A stretch of DNA of 64,000 nt from NCBI GenBank assembly GCA_965221775.1, contig CBDCSU010000006.1:2368001-2432000 (forward strand), read 5' to 3'. Every line of letters starts with the position of its first letter. The first letter of the stretch is position 1. The translations under genes were made by a program, and so were the position numbers. This document shows positions 11,015-22,500 of the stretch, in pieces. The notes below the pieces were generated by a model. It saw only the letters and a list, made by a program, of their open reading frames with translations, made no database searches and was not told where the DNA came from. The stretch comes from Candidatus Latescibacterota bacterium. Lineage in GTDB: Bacteria; Latescibacterota; UBA2968; UBA8231.

Positions 11015-11596
11015 TCATCGCTCCCCCTCTGCGAGCTTGACCTGTCCCCAGCTCGCCGGCCGCAGGCTCGTGGCCACGTCGGGCGGGACGAGGCCGTTGA
11101 CCTCCAGGCTGACATCGAGGGCGCCCCCGCGACGGAACTCGTCCCGCTCGGACAGGCTCGGGCCGACGGAGACCAGGACCAGGCTCAGGGTGGCGTGGGC
11201 ATCGGCCGTGAAGGTGTCCGAGGTCTTCAGCGTGAAGGCGAAGGTGGCCCGGCCGTCGATCTGACCGGGCGGTATCACAGCGACGCCGAAACGAACTCTC
11301 CGGCCGTCGCGCTCCAACAACTTGGGGGCCTGGAGGATCTCGACGTCCTCGAACCCCTCGCCGAAGGTCATCTTCGCCGAGGACACGTCGAAGTGGACGG
11401 GGTTGGAGACCTCCAGGACGACCTCGAGGTGCTTCACCGCCACCAGGCCGCTCGCCTGGATCCCGAGGCCCACCTCCTGGCCCGGTCCGACGCCGGCGAC
11501 GGACGGTTTGCCAAGGGGGACGAATCTGGCCCCCGTGTTGTCGCCGGCGAGGGCGCCGAGCGGAAGGAGGATGAGGATGACGATGAGCCGAGTCAT
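11015..11596 (-). CDS. Secreted cohesin-like protein with SWGQVK C-terminal motif
   Basis: Signal peptide, beta-rich body and TSLRPASWGQVK tail. Confidence 0.7.
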   Translation of the reverse strand: MTRLIVILILLPLGALAGDNTGARFVPLGKPSVAGVGPGQEVGLGIQASGLVAVKHLEVVLEVSNPVHFDVSSAKMTFGEGFEDVEILQAPKLLERDGRRVRFGVAVIPPGQIDGRATFAFTLKTSDTFTADAHATLSLVLVSVGPSLSERDEFRRGGALDVSLEVNGLVPPDVATSLRPASWGQVKLAEGER

Positions 11597-11672
11597 GAGA
11601 TCTCCTTGATCGAGAGATGCTGGAGGCCGGCCAGGGCGGGCCCCCGCGCCGGGAGCCGAAAGGCCAGCGCCC

Positions 11673-12416
11673 TCATCGCACGGTCCCCTTCAGGCGCCCC
11701 CACGTACTCGGGACCACGGCGGTCTCCGGGCGGGCGCGGGCCAGGAGGAGCGGGTCCTTCTCGCGGTAGAACCCCAGGCGCAGCTCCTCGTCGTCGGCCT
11801 CGAACTGCAGGGTCAGCGTGCCGCCGTCGACGACGTAGCTGTCGGCCAGCACCGTGGGGCCCAGGAGGTCCTCCGTAAACCCCCCCATGTCCTCCTCGGT
11901 GACGGGGGTGGCCTCCATCTGCGCCAGCACCTCCGCCTCGAAGGCGGGGTAGTCGGCCTCGGAAATTTCCAGCTGCTCCGCCACCCAGGGGATCAGGGAG
12001 AGGGTGTACTCACGAATCCCCTCGGCGGCCGGCCGGCCCAGGAGGAACAGATCCACCTCCGTCACGTCGGCATGGATGGCCCCCTCCACGACGTCGTAGG
12101 TGCCCGTCGCCTCGATGTCCATGACCAGGGGAGGCAGTCTCGAGGTGTCCTCGAACGGGTCGCCGGGAGGCGTTTCCTCGAGGAACCCTCCGACGAAGAC
12201 CACCCAGAGGAGCTCCGCCAGGTCAAAGGTCGTGTTCCAGTCCAGGCCGCCGCCGGGGTGGAAGGCGAACTCCACCCCGACCTCCAGTTCGATGTCCGTC
12301 TCCGGGTCCCAGTCGACGAAGGTGGTTTCCCAAGCCCCGTGCAGGGCCGGGTCCTCGGCCGCCGCGGCGGCACCGAGAAGGCTGACGACGAGGATGAGAG
12401 AGAGCAGTACGCGCAT
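11673..12416 (-). CDS. Secreted acidic protein with TWGRLK C-terminal motif
   Basis: Signal peptide and TAVVPSTWGRLK tail. Confidence 0.75.
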   Translation of the reverse strand: MRVLLSLILVVSLLGAAAAAEDPALHGAWETTFVDWDPETDIELEVGVEFAFHPGGGLDWNTTFDLAELLWVVFVGGFLEETPPGDPFEDTSRLPPLVMDIEATGTYDVVEGAIHADVTEVDLFLLGRPAAEGIREYTLSLIPWVAEQLEISEADYPAFEAEVLAQMEATPVTEEDMGGFTEDLLGPTVLADSYVVDGGTLTLQFEADDEELRLGFYREKDPLLLARARPETAVVPSTWGRLKGTVR

Positions 12417-12697
12417 GGGGCGCCTCCTAAGTTCCCTTGGGTGACTTCGACGGCCCGGCCACTTGGCAACGCATGGGTTGATTCGCTCGAAGCCTCAGTG
12501 GCCTTTCATAGAAAGGAACGAGCCCGTGGTGACCAAGCGGTGATCCAAGAGCCTGGTTGTGGTGACTTCTTGGTGGATTTCACCTTTCCCGCCGGTCCAT
12601 TCCGTGTGATATTCACCGACTGACGGGACCATGGCCGGTTCCCGCCCATCTGGGAACTCCCCAGCGGTGACCGGCCGACATTCTCCGAGAGGGGACC

Positions 12698-15064
12698 ATG
12701 CAGGCTGAGAAGCTGGCTCGAGAGAATCAGGCGTTGCGCGAGCGCCTGTCGCGGTTGAGCGAGGCGAGCCTGCGCATCAACGAGAGCCTCGATGTCGAGA
12801 CCGTGCTGCAGGGGGTCCTGGACAGCGCCCGGACGCTGACCGACGCCCGGTACGGCGTGATCACCCTGCTCGACGACGCCGGGGAGCCCCAGGCCTTCCT
12901 GGCCTCGGGCATGACCCCCGAGCAGACCCGCAAGGTCTGGGACATGCCGGGCGGGATGCAGTTCTTCGGCGCCCTGCGCGGGCTCCGGGAATCGGTGCGG
13001 CTGCGGGACTTCCAGGGCCACCTCCGGAGCTTGGGCCTGCCCGAGCTGCGCCCGCCCCTGCCGGTGCACCCGGTGATATCCTTTCTGGGCGCGCCGGTCC
13101 GGCACGGCGGCGAGTCCGTGGGCCACATCTACCTGGCCCAGAAAGAGGGGGCCGCGGAGTTCACCCGGGAAGACGAAGAGACCCTGGTCGTGTTCGCGTC
13201 GCAGGCGGCCCTGGTCATCGCCAACGCCCGGCGTTACCGGGACGAGCAACGGGCCCGCTCCGATCTGGAGACGCTGGTCGACACCTCGCCCACGGGCGTG
13301 GTGGTCTTCGACGCCGAGACGGGCGCGCCGGTGTTCAATCGGGAGGCAGCCCGGATCATGGAGGGCCTGCTCACGCCGGAGCAGACCCCGCAGCAGTTGC
13401 TGGAAACCCTGACCGTCCAACGGACGGACGGACGGGAGATCTTCCTGAAGAGCTCTCCGTGGCCCCAGGCGCTGAGTGCCGGGGAAACGCTACGCGCCGA
13501 GGAGGTCGTACTTCAGGTCCCCGATGGCCGCCGGGTGACCGTGCTGATCAGCGCCACGCCCATCCGCGCCGAGGACGGCGGCGTGAAATCCTATGTCGTC
13601 ACCCTGCAGGACATGACCCCCCTGGAGGAGCTGGATCGGCTCCGGGCCGAGTTCCTGGCCATGGTGAGCCACGAGCTGCGGACCCCGCTGGCGGCCATCA
13701 AGGGAGCCACGGTCAGCCTGCTGGCCGACCCCGACGCGGGCTGGGCCGAGACCGTGCCCTTCTTCCGCATCGTCGACGAGCAGGCCGATCACATGCGGGG
13801 CCTGATCAACGACCTGCTGGACGTGGCGCGCATCGAGACCGGCACCCTGTCGGTCCACCCCGAACCGGCGGCCCTGGCCGGGCTGGTGGATCAGGCTCGC
13901 AACACCTTCCTGGGCACGGGGAGCCGGCACATCCTCCGCATCGAGCTGCCGAGCGATCTGCCCCCGGTGATGGCCGACCGGCGGCGCATCCTTCAGGTCC
14001 TGGACAACCTGCTGGCCAACGCCGCCCGGCATTCGCCCGAGTCGGCCCCCATTCGGGTGACCGCGGCGCCGGAGGAGGGGCACGTGGCCGTCACCGTGGC
14101 CGATCAGGGCCAGGGCGTGCCCGCCGAACGCCTGCCGCACCTGTTCCGCCGGTTCCCCCGGCTCGACGGCGGTGGCGAGGCGGGCCTCGGTCCCGGCCTG
14201 GGACTGCCGATCTGCAAAGGCATCTTGGAGGCCCACGGGGGGCGCATCCGGGCCGAGAGCGACGGAGAGGGGCGGGGCACGCGGTTCATCTTCACCCTGC
14301 CCCTGGCCGAGGAGGCCGGGTATGGCCCGCCGCCCGGATCGACGACTCCCGGTGCGCAGCACGAGGTCACGGGGGAGACGCGGGTGCTGGTGGTGGACGA
14401 CGATCCGCACGCCCTGCGCAACGTGCGGGACGCCCTCCGGAAAGCCGGCTATGCGCCGATCGCGACCGCGGACCCCGAAGAGGTGGCCGGCCTCATGGAG
14501 AAGCACCGCCCCCACCTGGTGTTGCTGGACCTGGTGCTGCCGGGCGCCGACGGGGTCGAGCTGATGCAGGGCCTGCTCGAGATCGCGGACGTGCCCGTCC
14601 TCTTCCTGTCGGCCTACGGCCAGGAGGACGCGATCGCCCGGGCGCTGGACGCGGGGGCGGCCGATTACCTGGTCAAGCCCTTCGCGCCGACCGAACTGGC
14701 GGCCCGGATCCGGGCCGCCCTGCGCAAGGGGGCCGCCGCCGGTCCGCCGCCGCCGGAGGAACCGTATGTGCGGGGCGATCTGACCATTGACTACGCCGGC
14801 CGGCAGGTCACCGTGGGCGGGCGGCCGGTCCGCCTGACCGATCTCGAGTACCGCCTGCTAGCCGAGCTGTCCGTCCACGCCGGCCGGGTCTTGACCTACG
14901 AGCAGTTGCTGCAGCGGGTCTGGGGCCCGGCGCGCGCCGGCGACCCTCGGCCCTTGCGCTCGGCCGTGAAGAAGCTCCGCCGCAAGCTCGGAGACGACCC
15001 CGGCAATCCCACCTGGATCTTCAACGAGCCGCGCGCCGGCTATCGCATGGCCAGGGCCGGGTAG
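12698..15064 (+). CDS. Hybrid GAF-PAS-histidine kinase-receiver-OmpR/PhoB DNA-binding protein
   Basis: SHELRTPL H-box, N/G boxes, VLVVDDD/LLDL receiver, and winged-helix LT..EY.LL...LRRKLGD. Confidence 0.93.
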   Translation: MQAEKLARENQALRERLSRLSEASLRINESLDVETVLQGVLDSARTLTDARYGVITLLDDAGEPQAFLASGMTPEQTRKVWDMPGGMQFFGALRGLRESVRLRDFQGHLRSLGLPELRPPLPVHPVISFLGAPVRHGGESVGHIYLAQKEGAAEFTREDEETLVVFASQAALVIANARRYRDEQRARSDLETLVDTSPTGVVVFDAETGAPVFNREAARIMEGLLTPEQTPQQLLETLTVQRTDGREIFLKSSPWPQALSAGETLRAEEVVLQVPDGRRVTVLISATPIRAEDGGVKSYVVTLQDMTPLEELDRLRAEFLAMVSHELRTPLAAIKGATVSLLADPDAGWAETVPFFRIVDEQADHMRGLINDLLDVARIETGTLSVHPEPAALAGLVDQARNTFLGTGSRHILRIELPSDLPPVMADRRRILQVLDNLLANAARHSPESAPIRVTAAPEEGHVAVTVADQGQGVPAERLPHLFRRFPRLDGGGEAGLGPGLGLPICKGILEAHGGRIRAESDGEGRGTRFIFTLPLAEEAGYGPPPGSTTPGAQHEVTGETRVLVVDDDPHALRNVRDALRKAGYAPIATADPEEVAGLMEKHRPHLVLLDLVLPGADGVELMQGLLEIADVPVLFLSAYGQEDAIARALDAGAADYLVKPFAPTELAARIRAALRKGAAAGPPPPEEPYVRGDLTIDYAGRQVTVGGRPVRLTDLEYRLLAELSVHAGRVLTYEQLLQRVWGPARAGDPRPLRSAVKKLRRKLGDDPGNPTWIFNEPRAGYRMARAG

Positions 15065-15344
15065 CCCCCCACCGCTGCCACCGCAACCCTCTCCACTCTT
15101 TCTCCGAGTCCGGCTCGTCGGGAGCGCCCCGGCTCAAGCTCCACTGTTCCCATACCTCCCCATCACAAGCGAGATGCCGGAAGGGCCCCAAAGGCGCGTC
15201 ACGGGCTAGCTTGAATCAAGAGGGACCTCGCGGGAAGGGACCGGCGACCTCTTGCCCACGATCGTTGGCGAATCCTTGACATGAACCATGGGGAACCCGA
15301 TATTCTCCCCTTGGGACAACAAAACATCCGACGGGACAGACAAA

Positions 15345-15863
15345 ATGACCTCCAAGGACACCAGGAAAATCGTTCAAGACATGGAGTCTTGGGTGACGGA
15401 GGAGGAGGCTAGCATTGAGGCGGGGTGGGCGGACCTCCAGGCTCAGCGGGACAAGGCAGATCGATTCGAAGATAGCCTTCGGGCTCGGCAAGCCCAGCTC
15501 CAGAAAGGCAGAGAGTTCTGCCAGATGTACGAGGGGGCCAGCGTGGGAAATGGGCTGATCGTCCTCAGGGGCGCCAAGGACATCGCCAGGGAGCTCAAGG
15601 AGATCCTGCAGGCACTTCCGGAACCCGCAACCTTCGCCCACCTCTGGAACCTTCTCAACGCCCAGGGATTCACTTGCTCCGGCTCGAATCCTCGAGGCAC
15701 CTTCTCGGCTCAGCTCTCGAACCTCACCAAGGCTGGAGTTCTCAAGGCCCTGGACACGAACCCGAAGACCTACCTTCTGGCGAGTAGCGAGGACGCCCAA
15801 GGTGGAGAGGATGCTCCCCCAGAGCAACCTCTCTCAGAGGATGAGAAGGCGATGATGATGTAG
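15345..15863 (+). CDS. Coiled-coil plus winged-helix hypothetical protein
   Basis: N-terminal coiled coil and C-terminal HLWNLLNAQGF..SGSNPRGTFSAQLS. A TTGACA lies upstream at ~15276. Confidence 0.6.
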   Translation: MTSKDTRKIVQDMESWVTEEEASIEAGWADLQAQRDKADRFEDSLRARQAQLQKGREFCQMYEGASVGNGLIVLRGAKDIARELKEILQALPEPATFAHLWNLLNAQGFTCSGSNPRGTFSAQLSNLTKAGVLKALDTNPKTYLLASSEDAQGGEDAPPEQPLSEDEKAMMM

Positions 15864-15866
15864 GAG

Positions 15867-15902
15867 GGGACAGTTCTCGTAGGGCCCTACGAGAACTGTC
15901 CC
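15867..15902. repeat. Perfect 36-bp palindrome
   Basis: gggacagttctcgtagggccctacgagaactgtccc equals its own reverse complement. Confidence 0.95.
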
Positions 15903-16049
15903 AACACAGAGCGGAGGAGCCAAACGGTTTCTGTGGCTCCAGGAAAGCGACCGGCCCTTCGGGGCCGGGGTGCAGGGGGGTTCACCCCTTGCATTGCTCC
16001 TCCGCTCTGTTCCGTGTACAGTTGCATAACCTACGCCATAGACTGGTAT

Positions 16050-16265
16050 TCAGCAAGAAACCCGACGCCTGTCAGGGCTGGAATCCGCATCGAGGGTTCC
16101 TCGCTCCCGCCTCCTCCTTGCCCACGGTGTCTCCACGCCGTACTTCCGGCACAGCCGCCCGAAGCTGCGCAGGGTGATTCCGAGGGCCGCGCAAGCCTCC
16201 TTGCTGGTCGGGTAGATGCGGGCGGCTCGCTCAATGGTCGCCTTGTCGAATCCCCGATTCATCAA
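16050..16265 (-). CDS. Small HTH protein (paralog of 6005-6241)
   Basis: IERAARIYPTSKEACAALGITLRSFGRLCRKYGVETPWAR. Confidence 0.75.
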   Translation of the reverse strand: MMNRGFDKATIERAARIYPTSKEACAALGITLRSFGRLCRKYGVETPWARRRRERGTLDADSSPDRRRVSC

Positions 16266-16370
16266 GTTGTGGGGGAGTGCGGCCCGGACCCGGACGAGGG
16301 GCCTCCACCGGCTGGTCTCTCCAGCTCCGGGCGTGGATGGGCCGCACTCCCCTCCTCTGTCAACGCGCTG

Positions 16371-16900
16371 CTACCAACTGAACACCGCCAGCACCACGGG
16401 CGGGGTCAGGCGCAGTCTCCACCAGCCTTCGTCCAGCGTGTCCCGGTCGGGCTCGGAGGGATTGCTCTGCATCCACCATCGGGAGGCGGCGATCCCCTGG
16501 CGCACCCACAGGCTGACGCGCTCGTAGGGCTTCCAGGAGACGCCGGCGCCGATCGCGAACTCCCCGTTCCAGTGGCGGACAGTCGGGCCGTCGTCCGGGT
16601 CCTCCGCGGCCAGGGACCCTCCCCACCGGAGGAACCCGAAGGGGGCCACGTCATGGACCATGGTCCCCGAGGCGAACTGGTAGACGAGGTCGAGCCGTCC
16701 CTTCCATCCGTTTGAGTCCTCTTCCAGGTCGCTGTACCTCCACTGGATGTCGAGATCCATCTCGGCCCCCACGACGACTTCGGGGTGAAGACGTAGAAGG
16801 CCAGCGCGTCCTTCGGCAGGCGCAGGCCGAGTGCGTAGGACTGCGCGTCGGCCGCCGCGGCGGCGAGAAGGAGGGCCGCGCCCCGAGCGCGGCCCTCACG
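16371..16900 (-). pseudogene. Frameshifted outer-membrane beta-barrel protein
   Basis: The signal peptide (LLLAAAAADAQSYALG) and barrel-like C-terminus ending VFSW lie in different frames. Confidence 0.5.
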
Positions 16901-16904
16901 ACGA

Positions 16905-17270
16905 TCAGGTCTTTCGTACGAACCAGCATTTGCGGAAGTAGTACTCACGATGGTAGCACCATTCGTCTCCCAGTCCCGGCGCTCGTAGGGCTCCGGGCGA
17001 CCGTACTTGATGTTGCAACGGCTCAGGACGGGCTCCTTCGCGCACCGGGCCGCCACCTTGGGCGAGACGTGCCACCTCTTCTTCTTCTCGCACTTCCTCA
17101 CCCAGACATCGCATCGGGTCTGATACTGGGGATGGGGGTAGGTCTCCAGACCGAAGGCTCTCGCCCGGACCAGGCCCTCCTCCTCGTCCTGGCCCCACAA
17201 GCTGTACGGCCAGGATGGCCCCCAGGGACACGACAACGGCGAAGATGAAAGAGCGTACGAGCGGGCGCAT
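16905..17270 (-). CDS. Small membrane-anchored hypothetical protein (possibly frameshifted)
   Basis: RBS gaggtg and an N-terminal TM segment. A Cys-rich alternative frame overlaps it. Confidence 0.4.
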   Translation of the reverse strand: MRPLVRSFIFAVVVSLGAILAVQLVGPGRGGGPGPGESLRSGDLPPSPVSDPMRCLGEEVREEEEVARLAQGGGPVREGARPEPLQHQVRSPGALRAPGLGDEWCYHREYYFRKCWFVRKT

Positions 17271-17416
17271 GGGTCACCTCGTCGAACGGACAGAGAACGT
17301 CCTTACGAAATCGCAATCCCAGGGGGTTCGGGTGCCGCGGGGGTCGCCCGGGGCTTCACGCCGCCGTTCCCCCGGCAGGCGCAGCGTGCTCACCGCTTCG
17401 GGTTTCCGGAGTGGCT

Positions 17417-20400
17417 TCATCGCAACAGTGTGAGCTTGCGCGTCTGCACGGCTTCGCTCGTCACCAGCCGGTACACGTAGACCCCGCTGGCCAGAGGCCG
17501 GCCCCGCTCGTCCCGGGCGTCCCAGTGCAGGCGGTGCAGGCCGGCTGGTGCCTGCCCCTCGTGCAAGACCGCCACCCGCTGGCCGGTCAGGGCGAACACC
17601 TCCAGGCGGGCCGGGCCCGCCTCCAACTGCAACCAGGAGATCACGGTCTGGCTGTTGAAGGGGTTGGGAGCATTCTGCTGCAGGCCGGGTCTCTCGGGCA
17701 GACCGATTCGCTCCCGGGCCAGAGCCATCAGCTTGGCCCGTGCCGGCTGGCCGAAGTGCTCGGCGAAGAGGAAGAAGTCGGCGAAGTCGACGGTGCCGCT
17801 GCCATCCAGGTCGAAGCGGGGGTCGCTGCCGCCGAAGGCCTCCGCGAGGAGGAAGAAGTCGCCAAAGCCGATCTCGCCGTCACCGTCGAAGTCAGGGGTG
17901 GCCTCGGCGGTGGCGGTGAAAAGCATGGGGTCCAGTCCCCCCACCGAGACCTCGACCGTGTTGGGTCCTGGCCTGCTGCCCAAGGTCAGGGCGGTTGCGG
18001 CCAAGCCCGCAGCATCCGTCGTCGTCGTCCCCGTGGTGAGGATGCCGCCGCCGGCGGTGACGGTGAAGGTGACCTGTGCGCCCCCCAACGGGTTCCCACT
18101 CTCGTCCCTTACTTCGACGACGAGGGAGTCGAGAAGGAGCGCACCGGGCTCGCCTCGCTGGCCGTCACCCGATACAATCCTCAAGGCTTGGGGCCGCGGG
18201 ATGAGGTCCCACAGCAGAACAGTGCCGTCGCCGGATCCGGCGGCGAGGGTGGTCCCATCGGGGGAAAAGGCCACCGAATTGACGGCTCTCGTGTGCCCCT
18301 TGAGGTGGCGAGGCCCCTCCTCCGGGACCTTCGTGTCCCACAACGCCACGTTGCCGTCCTGGAGTCCCGCGGCGAAGGCCCGCCCGCCGGGGGCGAAGGC
18401 CACCGAGTTGGCTCCTCCCGGGGTTGAGAGAGAGGCGATCTCCCGCCGGGTATCCACGTCCCACAGCTTGACCCACCAGCCATCCCAGGATCCGGTGGCG
18501 AGCGTGGAGCCATCGGAGGAGAAGGCCAACGCCGAGACTGGCGTTCCGTGCCGGACCGTGGCGATCTCCTGCCCGGCTGCAACATCCCGGAGTTGGGCGA
18601 GGTCTTCCATGCCGATGGCGAGGATGGCGCCATCGGGGGAGAAGGCCATGCTCCCTCCGTCCAACGAAGAGGTGAGTGTGGCGGTGCTCGGGCCTTGAGT
18701 CATGTCCCACAGCTCGATGGTCCTGTACCCCTCGAATGCAGCGAGGGCGGCGCCATCCGGCGAGAAGGCCAAAGACCGATACCCCCTCCAAGAAGATCCC
18801 AGGAGGGTGGCGATCGCCTGGTGCGCCGCAACATCCCAGAACACAATGTGGCTACCTCCGACGGCAAGGATGGAGCCATCGGGCGAGAAGGCCACCGAAT
18901 GGACATCGCGCCCACCCGGGCTCTCGAGGGTAGCCGGGTATCCGCCCGTTCTGATGTCCCACAGTTTGGTGGCGGTGCCCGAAGCGACAGCGAGAGTGGC
19001 TCCACCGGGCGAAAAGGCCACCGACTCGACGCTTGAGTCGTGCCCCTGAATCCGGGTGCCGCTCTCCGTCGGAATGTCCCAAACCCAGATGCCGTCCGGC
19101 GACATGGAGGCGAGGGTGCCGCCATCGGGGGAGAAGGCCACGGGGTGGGCCGGGGTGGAGTGCTCGAGGGTGGCGAGACTCTTCCCCGTGGCTACGTCCC
19201 ACAGCCCCACGGCCTGGTCTCTCCAGGATCCAGCGGCGAGAATGGCACCATCGGATGAGAAGGCCAGGGCACTGGTTTCTCCCGAGTGCCCCGGGAGCGT
19301 GGCGATGACCCGGCCCTGCGCCACGTCCCACAGCTTGACCGTACTCCAGGATCCGGTGGCCAGGGTCGTGCCGTCGGGCGACAGGGCCACGACGAGTATC
19401 TCTGTCCCATCGTCGAGAGCGGTGACGTCCAGAGTGGTGATCTCGGCCGCTGACTCCACATCCCACAGCCAGATAACGACGCGGTCCTGATACTCACCCA
19501 CCTCAAGGCCGGTCGCGGCGAGGATGGTGCCATCCGATGAAAATGCCACGGACTGGAACTCTCCATCAGCAGGAGGTCGCGCAGCTCGTGCCTCCCACAG
19601 TTCGACACCACTGGCCACGTCCCAAAGCTTGAGCTTGTTCTCGGATGCCGAACCGAGGACCGTGCCGTCCGGTGAGAAAGCCACAGATCGAACGGCTTCA
19701 TAGTGCCTGTAGAGGACAGTTCTCTCTTCTCGGCCACCCCACAAGGCAACCGCGCCGCCGTCCCGGAGACCGGCGGCCAGGGTGCCGTCGGGGGCGAAGG
19801 CCACGGCAGTGACCCATGGCCCGGGGAAGAGGTCGTGTTCGCGGGACCTGGCCACATCGTAGAGCCAGATACCGATGCTGGTGGCCAGGGCCAAGTGTTG
19901 ACCATCGGGCGAGAAGGAGACAGGACTCGAGAAAGCATCTGGGTTCCCCATCGTCCCTTTGCCCAGGCGGACCGTCGCCCGGGCCGGCAGACGCCACTTC
20001 CGAGGATCTCCATCCGCGACGCGGTGAAGGGAAGTGCCAACGGTGACGGCGTGGAATGTCACAGGACTGGCTTCAAGAGATGTCGCCTCGACGGTGACGG
20101 TCCCCGGGTTGCCGAGAGTAAGCCGGACCACCGCCCTGCCATCGGCATCGGTCTCCTTGCTCTCAACGGTGAACCTGCCATCGAGCCGGCCATCCCCTTC
20201 GGTGACGACAAAGGTGACGGGGGCCCCCGCAATCCCGTCTCCATACTGATCCCGTACCTCCACCACTAGGGCATTCTCGAGAGCGGCGCCGGGTGCGCCC
20301 TCTTGGCCGTCGCCCGAGATCTCCACCAGCTCGTGGGGACGGGGCTTCAGCCATTCGGAGCCATCCCACAGCTCGATCCCTCGCCCTATACCCGAGGCGA

Positions 20401-22299
20401 GGGTTTCGCCATCGGGGGAGAAGGCCACGACCCCGACCGAGCCCCGGTGCGCCAGGGAGTCGATCCGGACCCCTGTTCCCACGTCCCAGAGCTTGAGCAA
20501 GTCTCCAGAGGCGCAGGCGAGGGTGGCGCCATCGGGGGAGAAGGCCATCGCCGCTCCGCCTCGGGTGTTCTCGATGGTACGGAAACTGCGCCGGGTCTCG
20601 ACGTCCCAGAGCCTGACAAGGCCGTCCCATCCTGCCTGCGAGGCGAGGGTGGCACCATCGGGCGAAAGGCCACGGCACCGACCCAACCATCATGCGCTTC
20701 CAAGGTGACATTGGTTCCCGTCACCGGATCCCACAGGTTGACCGTGCCGTCTGATCCGGCGACGGCGAGCCTTGATCCATCGGGGGAGAAGGCTATGGAG
20801 GTTACCTTGGTGTCGTGCTCCAGGTCACGGATCGTGCTCTCTGTCGCCAGGTCCCAGAGTCTGACCGAGCGGTCACCGAACACGACGGCCAGAGTCTTTC
20901 CATCAGGTGGCGAGAAGGCGACAGACCGGTACCGGGTGTCCCCCGGTCGTCCTTCGAGGGTGGCGGTTTCGGTACCGGTGGCCAGTTCCCACAGCTTGGC
21001 CTCACCGTTGTGGCTGGTGGCCACGGTTTCTCCATCCGGCGAGATCGCCACCGCCCAGGCGCGAGGGGCGGGCCCCAGGCCGGCAATGACCTCCCGAGTC
21101 TCCCGATCCCACACTCTGATGAGGGAGTCACCCGCCGCCGAGGCCAGCGTGGCCCCGTCGGGCGAGAACGCCAGGGAGGTGACACCGGGTTGCTCAAGGG
21201 TGGCGACATGGAGTTCAGACGTCTGATACAGTCCGAAATACAGGCGCGTTGTCCTGCCGGAAATGTCCACGGCCCGGAACTGCATCCGGTGCACGATGGG
21301 ATTGGCAAGACTGGAGAGGTCCTTGGAAGGAATGACGCCGTCGTAGTCGAACTCAACGACCGCGGCAGGTTCTCCCGAGAAGGAGCGGCACGCCTTCACT
21401 TCAGGGCCGCCTGTGGCGAAGTGAGGCAACTGTGTCGTTGCGAAGAGGACGACTTGGTGAAGCCCTGGCGAGTTCCGAATCTTCAGCCGGATGGGAGTGC
21501 TCGTCGAACCGGCCGGATAGCCAGGAAGGGAAATCAGATCGACTGACGTTGGAGATGCTGGCCGAACTACCTCAATCCCCGGGTTGAAGAAGGGATGGAT
21601 GGTCAGGTACTCGGCGGCACAGGCAGACAGCCGGGCCCGGTCACCCCAACCGTAGGACATGATGTACTCGCTGTCTCTGAAGTCGTGCTCCAGGTCGAAG
21701 GCATGGCCCAGCTCATGGGCAACGGTTCTCCAGGAGAACCTGCTGGGGACGACCACCGTGGCGGCCACGGTGACACCGTCTTCCATACTCCTCCAAGTGA
21801 CAGCCCCGGCTCCTCCACCCCAGTAGGGCACCGTATTCGCACTGAGGTCGAGGACCACAAATAAGACCGGAGGCTGTCCCCCCATGGCTCGCCAGATCTC
21901 CCCCAGTGTCGAATGATCGAGATAGTGAGCGTCCGCCTGTTCGCCATCCACCCGGTGAACCAGGGGTTCGCCCTGGTCATCGGTCTCGAAGCGGAAGGTC
22001 AGATCTCCGTGCCCGTGCCGCTGCATCTCTGCCGCGAACCAAGTCTGGATTCGGAGGATTGCGGCCTTCATCGAATCGACCACCTCGGCGCGGAAGGGAC
22101 GGTCCTGCGGTCGGAAGTAGACCATCTGTACGGTGCGAGAGTCCTCGGCCGTCACCGCCACGGGTTTGCCGGCGGAGAGCAGGGAATCCTCCCACGAATG
22201 GATGACCCGGTAATGGGCTACCTCCTCCCGAATCTGCTGAGGAGTGGAGGCATGGGCGAGTACCGGAGCCAGGAGAAAGACGACAACAGGGAGTATCAT
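17417..22299 (-). CDS. Large secreted zinc metalloprotease-WD40-Ig-EF-hand/dockerin-like-FlgD protein; 1-bp frameshift near 20667
   Basis: Signal peptide, HELGHAFDLEH...IMSY (metzincin), many WD40 repeats, Big_1-like domains, PDFDGDG..F.DF pair and QNAPNPFN tail. Confidence 0.88.
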
Positions 22300-22468
22300 C
22301 GGTGGCTCTCTCTCATCGAAGAAGCGTGATCTTGCTCTTTGACTCGGCGCCTCCGGGGGCTTTCGGCCAGGACTCCCGGAAGAGGGGAAGGGCTCGCGGG
22401 GGGAGGAAGGGCGGCCACGGAAACGGTATCTCCTGGCGCCTCGACGGCAAGGAGGGGGGCTGCTGGTA

Positions 22469-22500
22469 AGGATGGAGGATGGAGGATGGAGGATGGAGGA
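22469..22500. repeat. Heptamer tandem repeat (AGGATGG)x4.6
   Basis: Read directly; ~170 bp upstream of the 22299 start. Confidence 0.9.
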
